Source: Hyaloraphidium curvatum SAG 235-1
Taxonomy: Eukaryota; Fungi; Monoblepharomycota
NCBI GenBank assembly: GCA_025558095.1
Contig: JAIVFI010000026.1
Span: forward strand, 248,001 to 312,000
Length of the DNA stretch: 64,000 nt
Reading direction: 5' to 3'
The notes under the pieces are model-generated. The model did not search any database. It was not told where the DNA came from and saw only the letters and a list, made by a program, of their open reading frames with translations. Shown here piece after piece: positions 9,963 through 21,376 of this stretch (position 1 is the stretch's first letter; every line of letters starts with the position of its first letter). A program made the position numbers and the translations under genes.

Positions 9963-10874
9963 CTACGTTGTCCCCGCCGCCGAAACGTCCACGAACCCCG
10001 CGAGCGCGTGCTGCTCGCACAGCCTCCCCGGCCCTCCCGGCGCCCCGTGGGTCGGCCGTCCGCCGCAACCCACGGCCTCGCACTTGCGCCGCGCCTTGGC
10101 CACCATCCCCGGCTCCCTGTGTGCCGCGCACCGGCCCCTCTCGGTGGATTTGCCCTCGTGCTGGTACCACCCGTACAGATTGCAGCCCGGGACGGCGCAC
10201 CGGTTCTGCGTGTCCACCTGGCCGGGCAAGCGGTGCTGCCCGCACCTCGTCGGGCGCACGGGGGCGGCCGGGTGCTCGGGGTCCTCGAAGAAGAAGCTCG
10301 CGCGCTTGGTACACCCTTCGGGGTGGCGGCACTCCTTGTCCCTCCGGGCATGGGTAGCGTCGACCTTGCGGGAGCGCGCCGCGCCGGGCGCCACGGCACC
10401 GACGGCCTCGGGCAGGCGGGCCTGGTCGCCCACGTCCAGTTGGCCGTCCGTTTTGTGCTCCCCGCAGAAGCGCGCCGGCGCCCCCACGTGCGCCCCGAAA
10501 ACGGGCATCTCCCTGCACCCCGGCGCCTCGCAGTGCCGCCGCACGATCGGCACCATCCCCGCCCTCCTGTGCCTTTCGCACACGCCCGACCTCCGCGGCT
10601 GCCCGGGGCGGACGTACCACCGCCCGTTCCTGCAACCTCCGGCGGCGCAGAGCTCGAGCATCGAGATCATCCCGGGCAGCTTGTGCAGCCCGCACCGCAC
10701 GCCGGCGCCCGTCGAGCCCTCGTGGTCGAAGGAGGCCTCGGTGGGGCAGCCCGGGGTGCGGCAGGGGTTGGCGACGGCCGACCGGCGGATCCGCACGCGC
10801 GCCGGGGGCGGGGAAGCGGGCGGCGGGGTCGAGGGGCCGGGGTCGGTTGGTGCGCCGGCGGGCTCGGACGGCAT
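9963..10874 (-). CDS. EsV-1-7-type Cys/His-rich repeat protein (six repeats)
   Basis: Six units of CxxxGC...CxxH(K/R)xxG(M/Q/F), e.g. CEAPGCREMPVFG...ARFCGEHKTDGQLDV, matching the EsV-1-7 repeat pattern. Confidence 0.8.
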   Translation of the reverse strand: MPSEPAGAPTDPGPSTPPPASPPPARVRIRRSAVANPCRTPGCPTEASFDHEGSTGAGVRCGLHKLPGMISMLELCAAGGCRNGRWYVRPGQPRRSGVCERHRRAGMVPIVRRHCEAPGCREMPVFGAHVGAPARFCGEHKTDGQLDVGDQARLPEAVGAVAPGAARSRKVDATHARRDKECRHPEGCTKRASFFFEDPEHPAAPVRPTRCGQHRLPGQVDTQNRCAVPGCNLYGWYQHEGKSTERGRCAAHREPGMVAKARRKCEAVGCGGRPTHGAPGGPGRLCEQHALAGFVDVSAAGTT

Positions 10875-11236
10875 CTCGGGGCAGATTGGAGGGAATGGCG
10901 CGATGTTTGTTTGGAGCGTCTCGGAGTCCGCAGCTTGCATTCCGAGCGAGCTTTACGGCCGCCGGTCCGGCGATGCTGAACAGCAATGATGGATTCCGAG
11001 GGTTGAGCAACTCCTCCAACTCTTCTTTTGCCGCTTGGGCCGGATTTGCAGGGATGGATCGATGTCCGCGGAAGCGGCCACCCTCGGTGGTTTCCTCGCC
11101 ACATCGTGTCGCCCACCGGACCCCACCACCGCTTCCGACGTCCCGCGACCCTTCCGTTCGGGAACGCTCCTTGCGGCGCGTCTCGCGCAGCTCCCGAATC
11201 CGGCCCGCGAAGCGCCGCCCGCCCTCGCCCCCGACA

Positions 11237-11827
11237 ATGGCGGCCCCGAACCCGGCCGACCCCGAAGTGCGGAAGCACGGCGCGGCAATTAGCGAGGTCG
11301 GCCCGAACCGCCGCCCCCACTTTCCGTCTGTGTTTGCCGACGCTTCGACGCAGGTCGTCCCCAAGCTCCGCGCCATGGGCTGCGACGACATCCGCGCCTT
11401 CCGGATCGAGCCGCCCTTCTCGGCCGCGGACCACTCGCACCTCTTCGAAGCGTTCGGGTTCGTCGTCGCCGGCACGTGGACGGTCGAGAAGAAGGACGCC
11501 CCGGACGGGGGATGGAGCAGGGGCGTTGTGGTGGGCTTCCCCGTCCGTCCCCGTCGAACGAGGTTGCTCACACGGGGGCGACGCGCAGCAACCGGGGCAG
11601 TCGTACCACGTACCTTCCATGACGCTGCACAGGGAGACCGCGGGGCCGGAGGGCGTGGTGCTGTGCTCGGGGAAGCGGTGGCCCGAGGGCGTGCTCGGTG
11701 GGTCGCCGCCTCGCGTGGTCGGGGCCGACAAGAGCTGACGGAAAGTTCCAAAGAAAACATGGCCAAGGGCGTATTGCCGGCGCAGATGCCCCTGCTCTTC
11801 GGTAAAACGGTGGACAGCAGACTCTAG
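11237..11827 (+). CDS. Small cupin-domain protein, three exons
   Basis: HSHLFEAFGFVVAGTW (cupin motif 1) spliced to QPGQSYHVPSMTLHRETAGPEG (motif 2). The preferred last exon ends VDSRL (PTS1-like). Confidence 0.7.
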   Translation: MAAPNPADPEVRKHGAAISEVGPNRRPHFPSVFADASTQVVPKLRAMGCDDIRAFRIEPPFSAADHSHLFEAFGFVVAGTWTVEKKDAPDGGWSRGVVVGFPVRPRRTRLLTRGRRAATGAVVPRTFHDAAQGDRGAGGRGAVLGEAVARGRARWVAASRGRGRQELTESSKENMAKGVLPAQMPLLFGKTVDSRL

Positions 11828-11975
11828 GAGACGGACGTGGCACGGCCGCACGGTACCGGGGACTCGTTTTGGACGGGTCTGCTGAAATCAGTGGTGTCGC
11901 GTTGGTGTGCGCCAGGGAGGTCCGCAGTTTAAGGCCTCTACGTGAAAATGTCTCTTTCGATTCCAGGCCAGCGCC

Positions 11976-12464
11976 TCAAAGCTTCGCCTTGGCAAAGTGG
12001 TTCTTGATCTTGGTCAGCAGCCCCTTGGTCACGTTCGCCATCACCGCGTGCTCCATCTTCTCCCTGTTCTCCGGCTCCGTCTCGAACTCCACGTCCCACG
12101 TCGCGTAGGTCCTGTCCCCGTCGGCGACCTCCCGGAGCCGCATGGTGCCGTGGTAATCGAACGTGCTCCCCGGGAACGCGCCGCGCTTCCGGTCCACCTC
12201 CTCCCACAGAATGTGGTACGTGAGCGTGCGCTCGCGGTCCGAGTGCGCCTCCAGGATCTCCCGCACGAGCTTGCCCGGGCCGGCGGGGATCACCCTGACC
12301 GTCGCGCCGACGCGGTTGTCCGCCCCGCCGTCCTCGATGTAGAACCCCTTGTACCCGAAGAATCCGAGCTGCCCCGTAAAGTCGCGCACGGCGGCCCAGA
12401 CCTGCGAGACGGGCGCGTCGACGACGGTGGACCAGTGCACGCGGCAGCGGACAAGGGAGGGCAT
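11976..12464 (-). CDS. SRPBCC/polyketide-cyclase-like protein
   Basis: STVVDAPVSQVWAAVRDF...VGATVR...VREIL.AHSDRERTLTY...DYHGTMRLREV...TYATWDVEF; intronless; ends KAKL (PTS1). Confidence 0.88.
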   Translation of the reverse strand: MPSLVRCRVHWSTVVDAPVSQVWAAVRDFTGQLGFFGYKGFYIEDGGADNRVGATVRVIPAGPGKLVREILEAHSDRERTLTYHILWEEVDRKRGAFPGSTFDYHGTMRLREVADGDRTYATWDVEFETEPENREKMEHAVMANVTKGLLTKIKNHFAKAKL

Positions 12465-13139
12465 TGCTGGGCGGGGAGGGCGGGATGAAGGGGGCGGTCT
12501 CGAGTGCGAGGACGTCCGTACCGGAACAAATGTTGCCGCGCGAGATGGTAGGAACTTGCTCAGGACCAGGTTGGAGGAAGAAGCGGAGTGTCTCCCGCGA
12601 GCAACCGACCGATCGGCACCGCGCACCGATCGAGCCCTCCTCTCCACTACCCGATTGCAATAACTCGGTGCGATGAGACACTTGCACTCTGAGCACTGCT
12701 TGCGAATGTCGCGAATCGCCGTCACGAGCGCCGCGGCGCGCATCCGGGAAACGAGGCTGCGCACCTGCCCGAGGAAAGCCGACAGCGCCGCGCCATGGAG
12801 GCGTCCCGAGACGTGCCGCAGCATGTACACGTCCACGATCTCTGCATGACCGCAGATGGCCGCGATAGCTCGCCGGAAATGAGCTCCAGCATTGCGGACG
12901 CGACGTCGTCAAAAGGGGTGAAAGGTGAAGGACGCGCTAACTCGCGATATACGGCACACTCCATTCAAGACCAACAGCACGAGAGAGCAGTCGGATTTTG
13001 CGCCACTAGCCCGTTGTAGAGCACGCCGTTTGCGCTCGGTCTAGTCCAATTTGGATTCCTTCCTCGTCTTTGAACGAACGAAATGAATATCGCTGCCACC
13101 GCACACATCGGAGGAAGTACCCGCACTACTCTCGCACCC

Positions 13140-16100
13140 TCACCCGTTGATCGCGGCGGAGATCTTGTCTGAGGTATACGGCACGCTGATGTGCCTGAAT
13201 TCCTTGATGCCCTTGTCCGCGAGCGCGCTCTGCACGCACTGTTGCACTGCAGAGGTGACCGCGGGCGCCACGCAAAGCGGCGGCTCGCCGCTGGCCTTGG
13301 ACGAGAGCACGCCGCGGTGGAAGTTGCCCTGGAGCAACGTGACGTTGAACTCGCGGGGTGCGTTGGCCGCGATCGGGATCTTGTACTGGAAAACCAAATC
13401 GAGGTAAGCAGACGGATGGTTTGGAATTGACTCAACAACCCACCTCCCACGTCGTGCCCTTACCCCTGAGCTCCCCCGTGTCCTTGTCCATCCCGGCATC
13501 TTCCTGCAGCATGTATCCGAGGCCCATCGTGAGCGCCCCCTCCACCTGGCCAATATCGATGGCGGTGTTGAGGGACCTCGCGGCGTCGTACTCGACGTCG
13601 AAGCGGAGCAGCGTCGTCTCGCCCGTGAGCACGTCGACCTCGACCTCCGCGCCGCCAGCCACCCAAATGGAGTAGCTCGTTACGCCCCGCACCCCGTTGG
13701 TGTTGCCGACGGCCGAAAGGGGCACGCTCTTCATCTCCGCGGCCTTGATGACGGCCTTCCAGCCCGCCTCGGCCACGTCGGCAGGCGACGCGCTCTGGTC
13801 GCCCTCCTTGGCCGCGGCCGTGGCGCCGTCGATGATCTTGGCGACCTCCTCGGGGCCTCCCAGCGCTGCGATGATCTTGTCGACCAGGATCGTGCACCCG
13901 TCGATGACGGCCATCACCGCGCCTTCGGAGCCCATGCTGCCGCCCGTGAACATGTGGAACGGGATGATGCTCGTGTCGTTCCCGGTCGTGCGGATGCGGG
14001 AGAAAGGCACGTGCACGGTGCTCTTGGCCGACACTTTGGTCGCGATCGCCTGCAGCTGCATGGCGGCGCCCTGCTGGATCTTGGTCACGAGCCCCTGCCC
14101 CATCTCGGTGCCCGTGTAATGTATGACGACAGAGCCGTCGCCGTAGATGTTGACGAGGGCGTCGGACCGCAGCGGGGTGACGAAGTAACGGAAGGGCACG
14201 ACGGCGGCCCCGCGCTTGACCGCCTTGTGCTCCTTGTTGAACGCCTCGGTGGCCGCGATCCTGTCGCGCCATCCCTTGCCGTCCATCAGGTTCCCGTACA
14301 GCTTCGGCAGCGTGAACGCCGGGCCCTCCTCCACGCCCTCGGGAATGCTGATCCCGAGCGGTCCCTCGATCCCAAGCGGCAGCTTGAGCGTCTCGGCCGT
14401 GTACAGGTTCGCGTCCCGGATCTTCTGCGAGTGCACGCCGAGCTCGTGGGCCACGCGGTCGACTGCGACCTCTGTGAACCAGCACCCCTCGATCTCGCCC
14501 GGCCCCCGCATGGTGGTCCGCGAAGAGACGTTGGTGCGGGCCACGCGCACGTCGCAGCGGTAGTTGGCCACATCGTAGCACGTGAAGTGGGTCTTGATGA
14601 GCGTCGGCGCCTGGAAGAACGACAGGTCGAGCTTGTATCCCGCAAGGGCGGTGATCTTGAGGTCCGCGCCGAGGATCTTGCCGGTCTTGCCGTCGAACCA
14701 CACCTTGGCCTTCTCCAGGCACTCCTCCCTCCCTCCCTGCATCATGCTGTCCGTCCCGCGGTCCACCACCAGCTTGACGGGCCGCCGCAGGATCGACGCC
14801 GCGAGCGCGACGGTGACGGCCTGCTCCGTGCCCAGCTTGGCCCCGAAGCTGCCCCCCAGCCTCGTCTGCGTGGCCTGGATGTCCGACTCGGGCCTGTTGA
14901 GCACGTACGCGGCCGTCTTGCCGACCATGGTGATCATCTGGATCTGCGAGTGTATGACGATCTTGCCCGCCTCCTCGTAGGCCAGCGCCGACTGCGGCTC
15001 CAGGTACCAGTGCAGCTGCGTCGCCATCTCGGTCGCGTACTCGACGCTCCTCACGTCCCCGCCCGCCGCCGACAGGGCGTCCACGTCGCCGCGCGCCATG
15101 GCCTTGGCCGCGAACATGCCGAGGTCCGTGGCCTCCTTGGGCGCGGCCTCGACGTCGGGGAAGCCGACAAAGACCTTGGAGCGGTCGTCCGGGGTCCACG
15201 CGACGGCGTTCTTCGCGATCCATTTGGCGATGGCGTTGGCCCGCGCCTGCGTCTCGGCGCACACGAGGCCGATCGGCTCGCCGACCCAGTTGATGCGGCC
15301 GTCCTTGGCCCAGATCGGGACCAGCGGCAGGGGCAGGCCGATGACGGCGGCGCCCTGCGGGATGTCGAGGTTGAACCTTCCGAGCGCGGCGACGGAATCG
15401 TAAGTGAGGAAGGTCACGAAGCCCGGCTGCTTGGAGGCCCGGATCTTGGCGTGGTCGACCTCGAAGCTGCCCTGCGGGATCGGGCTGTTGACGAAGGCCG
15501 CAAACACCGCGCCGGCGGGGGCGGGCACGTCCGTGGTGTACTGCGCGGTGCCGCAGGTGTGGTGGATGCCGTCCGCGCGCGGGATCGCGCGGCCGACGGG
15601 GCCGAACGAGGCCGCGTCGGGGGCCGTGGGCTCGGCGCCGGGGCGCGGCATGTCGGCGGGTCTGACGAAGGAGATGGTGGATTTCGGCACGGGCCTCTGC
15701 GGGCCGATGGCGGCCTTGGCGAGGGCGGCGGCGTCCTTCGCGACGTCGGTGAAGGCCTTGAGGGTGAAGGCTTTCACGAGCGCCGCGCGGTGCGAGTTCT
15801 TGTAGCTGCCTTCGATCTTGACCGCTGCGGCCGCGACCTGGGCCGCCCACTCCGCCGTCGGGTTCCCGAGCGCGCCGTCGGCGTCGGTCGGCGGCGACAC
15901 GGGCTTGCCCTTGACGCCGTCAAAGGTGACGACCTGCGGGGCGTTGCGCCCGGGCACGTCCGTGACGCCGACGTTGCCGAACGCGGCCGTCGCGGACGCG
16001 ATCTTGCCGTCCTCGAGCTCGAAGAAGAAGGACGAGTTGACGATGGCGTGGGCGTTGACGCAGCGGATGGCCGTGCGGTGGTTGATGAGCCGGTGCGAGC

Positions 16101-17462
16101 CCTTGCCAACCTCGAACGAGACCGAGGTGAGGACATTGTACTCGAGGGGCGCTGTCGGCGAGGCGACGTAGGTCGACAGTGGCTCGGACTTCTCGGCCGC
16201 CTTCCCGTCGGTGCCGATGTGGGTGAAGTGGGCGACGGCGCCCAGCGCGACGAGGGGGGTGACGGTGTCGCTGCACGCCGAGCAATGAGCCCTTGCGAAC
16301 AAGCGCCGGGAACGATCTTCTGGCATACCTGGCGAACCCATTCTCCTTGGCCATGGTGATGTTGCCAGCAATGCTGGCCACGTGGCGCACCTGCTCGTTG
16401 GCGACCTTGTTGAGCGTGCGCGCGAGCGCGCTGAGCACCTGGCGCTGGCTCTTTTCGGCCTCGTCTGCGCTGCCCTCGGCTGGCGCGGCGTCGTGCAGCT
16501 TCTTGATGAGCTCCGAGATGCTGAGCGTGGGCCCGAAGGAGACCTTGAGGCCGCCATCTTCCTTGGACGCGCTGAACGTCTTGAAGTCAGGGATCCCGCT
16601 GATGTCTGCGACCGCCAGGGCGGTGGGCAGGTCGTCCTTGTAGACCCCTGCCGAGGTCTGCGAGCACACCACGCGCACGAAGTCCTGCGCCCGGCCCGCC
16701 GACTTGGCCAGCAGCTCAAACAGCTGCGCCGGGGTCGACACGCGGTGGTACGTGAGCGTGGACGACTTGAAGGTGGCCCCGGCGTCCGCCGGGGCGTCGC
16801 CGCGGAACTCGGCGGGGAAGGCCTTCTCGACGACCGACTGCACGTAGGCGCCCAGCGGCACGGGGTTCTCGAGCACCTTGTCTTCGGCGCCGTCGCAGAT
16901 GGCGATCGCGTCGCGCACGTCCGAGTCAGAGGCGAACGAGAGCGCGGATCTACGAAATCGCGTCAGATGACACACAATCAGGGGCCCGCGAGGCAACCCA
17001 CGCGACGATGGGGCGGTATCCCGTGCAGCGGCACAGGTTCCCGTCCAGCCTGTCCTCGATGTCGGCCATCTTGGCCCCGGGGTCCTCGAGGAACACGCCC
17101 GACACCTGAACGGTCCACCCGGGCGTGCAGAAGCCGCACTGCGACGCGTTGAGGTCGGCCATCCGGCGCTGCAGCGGCGACGGCTCGCGCGGGGAGCCGA
17201 GGCCCTCGACGGTGACGACCGAACAGCGGTGCAGCGTGGCGACCTTGCGGAGGCACGCGTTGGCGGTGACGCTCACGACGCGGCCGCCGTCGGCGTCCCA
17301 TCTGCTGAGCAGCACGGTGCACGCGCCGCAGCCGCCCTCGCCGCAGCCGACCTTCGTGCCGGTCAGCCCGGCCGTCTCGCGGAGGAACGCCGAGAGCGAC
17401 ACGGACGGGTCGGCGGAGGGCAGCTTGACCACCTTGCCGTTGACAGCGAACACGAGCGCCAT
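13140..17462 (-). CDS. Molybdo-flavoenzyme, aldehyde oxidase/xanthine dehydrogenase family, multi-exon
   Basis: 2Fe-2S motifs GTKVGCGEGGCGACTV, SQCGFCTPG, GNLCRCTGYRPI; FAD domain QVRHVASIAGN; Moco domain QLHWYLEPQ, RLGGSFGAK, GTEMGQGL, IDIGQVEG, SSKASGEPP. Confidence 0.95.
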
Positions 17463-17932
17463 TTCAGCGGGCCGCGGTGGGCGGCGCCGGGGTGGCGCGG
17501 AGAGACGGGAGAGGTGGCAAGGAGGCCGGCGACGGCGGTGTTGGAGGGTGGCGAGGAGGGGAGACAAAGGAGTTTGGAAGATTCGGTGGAAGGGACGGGC
17601 GGCTTACGTCACAAGCTGGGTTTGGATTCTCCCGCGGCGACGATCCTTCGGTAAATCATGCTCATCAGGAGGCCTCTGCCTTTGCTGACCTCTCTTAAAC
17701 GCGATGGCCGCTGCCGAAGAGCGTGGTTGGGTCCCTCGTCGCACGCCATACGCTCGAACCAGACAGAGATCTTGCCGGTCCGGGACCTGGCACCGCGACC
17801 GATCGCCCGACGTCCGATGAGATAATGAATGGATGATGACAAGACAGAGTATGAGTTACATAAGAATGTGTCAGCTGCACGCAAGCCCCGCGCGCGATGT
17901 GCTGCACAATCCCGCAACGCAAAGCCTCCGCA

Positions 17933-19431
17933 TCAACCGCGCCTGGCCCGCTTCGGGCGCGAAGCAGATCCTCCAGCTCCCCTACCGACGGCATCCGCTT
18001 CTTCCGCCTTGTCCTGGACGCGCTTGCTCCTCCTAGGTCCTGCCGCGCCGTCCTCCTCGCCGGCGCCTTCCCCGAGATCGGCCAGCGCCGCCTCGGCCTC
18101 GGCGAGCATCCTGAGCGCCTCCTCGCGCTTCCTGAGCGCGGCGGCCCGAGCCGTTCCTCCCAACATGGCGACGCGGGCCTTCTCCAGGAGGAGCGAGACG
18201 GGGTCGGCCTCGCTGAGCTCAAAGGAGTGCTTGGTGCCGCCGCAGAAGACCTCCAGGATCCCGTGGTGAGGCACCCCGGCGGGCTCGTATCCGCGCATGC
18301 CCGAGGATTCGTGCATCATACCCCCGCGGAGTCGCAGGATGAGGTGCAAGACGCAACTTTGCTGAATGCTGTAGTCTCCAATCGTAACGCCGTCTTCCAG
18401 CTGCTGCCCGTCGAATACGAGGCGCTGCTGGTCAGGCGGAATGCCCTCTTTCTCTTGGATCTTTGTCTGAGCGGGAAGGAAGCTAGTCGGCTCCCCATGA
18501 ACACAAAATGCTGATATGGCGAACACACCTTCAGGTCTTTGATCGTGTCCATGGACTCGACTTTCAAGAGGATGATTTTGCCCGTCAGTGTTTTGACCAA
18601 GATCTCCATGCTCTTGCTCGCAAGGGTCTCGGTCGTGCCGCGGGACTGCGGCCGGAGCACAAGGCGCAAAGTCGAGTTCTGCTGAACGTTGTAGTCGGCG
18701 AGCGTGCGTTGGTCCTCGAGCTGCTTGCCCCCGAAGCACAGGAGCTGCTGATCGGGCATAATGCCCTCTTCGTCCTGGATGAGGCTCTGGTGGAAGGTGA
18801 GTCGTCATCGGTTGGGAATGAAGTTGGCCATACCTTGACCCGTCCAATCGTATCGCTGGTCCAGGGGCGGATCTTCACCACCTTGCCGTTAAGGCTCCTG
18901 ACGAGGAGATTGATTTGCTGCGGGCTAGTACGGACACCCTGCGGGGGCTCGTGATGCAAAATCTCCTCAAGCTCAATCTCCAGAGGGGAGTCCATCGCGG
19001 CGGCAACGTCGAGGAAGTCCTGGGACACGTCCGAGACGAAAAGCCGATGCGCTTTGGCAGTCAGGCTTCGCACAATGTGCGTAGCTCCTTTGCCGTCCTC
19101 GACGACCTTGAGGGAGCGGAACTCAATTCAGATCCCGCCAGAGCAAGGCCTCCGAGCGACCCACCTCCAGCTTCCCGCCGCAGCGGTCCGGGTACAGTAT
19201 CTCCCCATCCCGAGCCTTCAGGTACGTCCCAAGCGGCTTGCCCGGGTCGAGCAGCAGGAATTTGGTGTAGATCCTAAGTGGTTGCCGGCCGCAGACGGCG
19301 ACCTCGGGGTGCGCCTTGCGGAAGGCCTCGACGGCCGATGCCGCCACATCCTCGACCGCGGCCGGGCGGCGGACATCCGTGGTCACGGGCTTGCGCCGCC
19401 CGCAGCGGACCACGAGCTTCGCGGCTCCCAT
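17933..19431 (-). CDS. Multi-ubiquitin-like-domain fusion protein, copy 1 of a tandem triplet
   Basis: N-terminal Ubl-like domain ([14 protein letters not shown]), two ubiquitin-like units ([12 protein letters not shown]...TLRLVLR; [11 protein letters not shown]...[10 protein letters not shown]), each with an intron after the K27-equivalent, then the [13 protein letters not shown] tail ending RPKRARRG. Confidence 0.85.
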
Positions 19432-19676
19432 CGTGGGCAGAGAGCTCGGTTCTGACTGCTGTCTCAACTGGGACGATGGGCCCTTCTCAGCAGGCCGAGC
19501 TCCTGATGGCAAATCAATCGCGATTGAAACCAGCAATCCATCAAAATGAATCAGTCAACGTGATGAAGCTACATGAGAAGATCATCTGAACTTGAGAAAG
19601 AAGTAAGACCGAGTTGTACCGAGCCGAAGTCCGTGCCGATCGACCACCGCGTCCGAGCCCTCCCAAAGTCCTACCA

Positions 19677-21246
19677 TCATCCGCGCCTGGCCCGCTTCTT
19701 TCGCGACGAGGATCCTCCAGCTTCGCGGCCGCCCGCCTCGGCCTTCTCTACCTTCTCCCGGATGCGCTCGCTCCTCCGCGGCCCCTCGATGCCCTCCTCG
19801 TCGGTGCCTCCTTCCTCCAGACCCGCAAGGGCGGCCCGGCTTCGGCGAGCATCTTCAGGGCCTCCTCACGCTTCTTGAGGGCAGCGCTCCGTACGACTGT
19901 GCGGTCATCTCCCCTCACGGCATCCCGAGCCTTCTTCAGGAGAAGCGAAACCGGATCGGCCTCGCTGATCTCCAACTGGTGCTTTGTGCCGTAGCAGTCG
20001 ATCTCCAGCTTTGCGCTAGGGGCAGGTCCGACGGGCTCGTAGCCGCGCATGCCCGAGGACTCGTGCATCATACCGAGCCGCAAAACGAGGTGCAGCGTGG
20101 ATTCGTTCTTGATCTGGGAATCGGCGAGCAAGCAATCATCTTTGAGCTGCACGCCGTTGAAGATAAGGCGCTGCTGATCTACGGGGATGCCCTCGACCTT
20201 CTGGATTAGAATCTGGTGGCGAATGAGGGTCCGTCACGGGAAACGGTACGCGGACGGAACCTTGGCTTCACGGGCGGTGGCCTTGGATGAAGGGCAGATC
20301 GTGATTGTCTTTCCGGTAAGGGTCTTCACGAAGAGTTGGATCTCGCCCTTGTCGACGTGGAGAACGGTCGATGTGGTGAGGCCGCACTCGCTCAATGTCT
20401 TGTTCGAGATTCCGTGGAATGAAAGCTCCCCCTTCTCCGAATCCGAAGCCTTGAACAAGATGTTTTGAAATGAGCCCCCTTTGGCCGCTTCAATCAGAGT
20501 TGATTTCGACGAAGTAAAGCAGCAACTTGCCATTCAGCTCCTCCACCAGCCTGGCCACCTCGCTGACCAGTAAGTTCGCTGAAACAGTGAGCTTCTCCGT
20601 CCGGCCACCTGTGGAATCAAGTTGAGGAGTGAGCAAACTCTCGCTTTTGCATCCCGGCAGACACTCACGAGGGAACTCGACAGTCACGGAGAAGGCATCT
20701 TCCTCGGAGATCTTCCCCCTGATCACGTCGCAGACCCGCCGTCGGCAATCTGCCTCCCTCTCGACGACGTGGATTTGCTCCAGCTTCAGCTCCAGTGGAG
20801 CGCCCAGAACCGCGGCGGCGTCAAGGAAATCCTGGGTCAAATTTGAAACCAACATCGCGTTCCCCGTGTCGAGCACGCTCCGGATGATATGGTAGGCACC
20901 CTTAGCGTCCGAAATGAGCTTGAACGAGGCTCCCGCCGTGAGTCGTGGCGCGGACACGCCCTCGGACGCGTCCCACCTTCAGTTCTCCTCGAGAATGGTC
21001 CGGGAACTCCATTCCACCCTCCTGCGCCGTCATGTACGTCCCCAACGGCTTTGCAGGGTCGAGGAGCAGGAACTTGGCCGACAGTTGGGGCAGGAGGGGC
21101 TCTTGGAAAAGCACGCCGGGATTCGCGTTTCGGAAGGCCTCCACGGCGGACGCGGCCACGTCGGCGACCGGCGACGTGCCCACGATATCAACAGAGACGG
21201 GCGGGAGCGCCCCGCACTTGACCAGGAGCTTCACGGCGCCCGTCAT
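19677..21246 (-). pseudogene. Multi-ubiquitin-like-domain fusion protein, copy 2, apparently damaged
   Basis: Same architecture as copies 1 and 3, but the ubiquitin ends LVLRLG (RG missing from LRLRGG) and a 1-nt deletion at ~19837 shifts the tail. The ancestral frame ends KKRARRG-TGA at 19677. Confidence 0.7.
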
Positions 21247-21376
21247 TGTGGACCGCGGGGCTCGATGGAGTTGGTGGGACGCGTGCCCCGGCCCCCAATC
21301 GAACGCCGACTTCGCACGGCCAAAGATTTCAAAGTACAAAGGAAAGAGCCCGATCTGCATCCAAAAAAAATCCTCC

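Noticed and set aside
13460-16359. Long alternative ORFs (796 aa and 801 aa) overlapping the aldehyde oxidase
   Set aside because: Arg/Gly/Pro-rich shadow frames produced by high-GC codon bias; no motifs.
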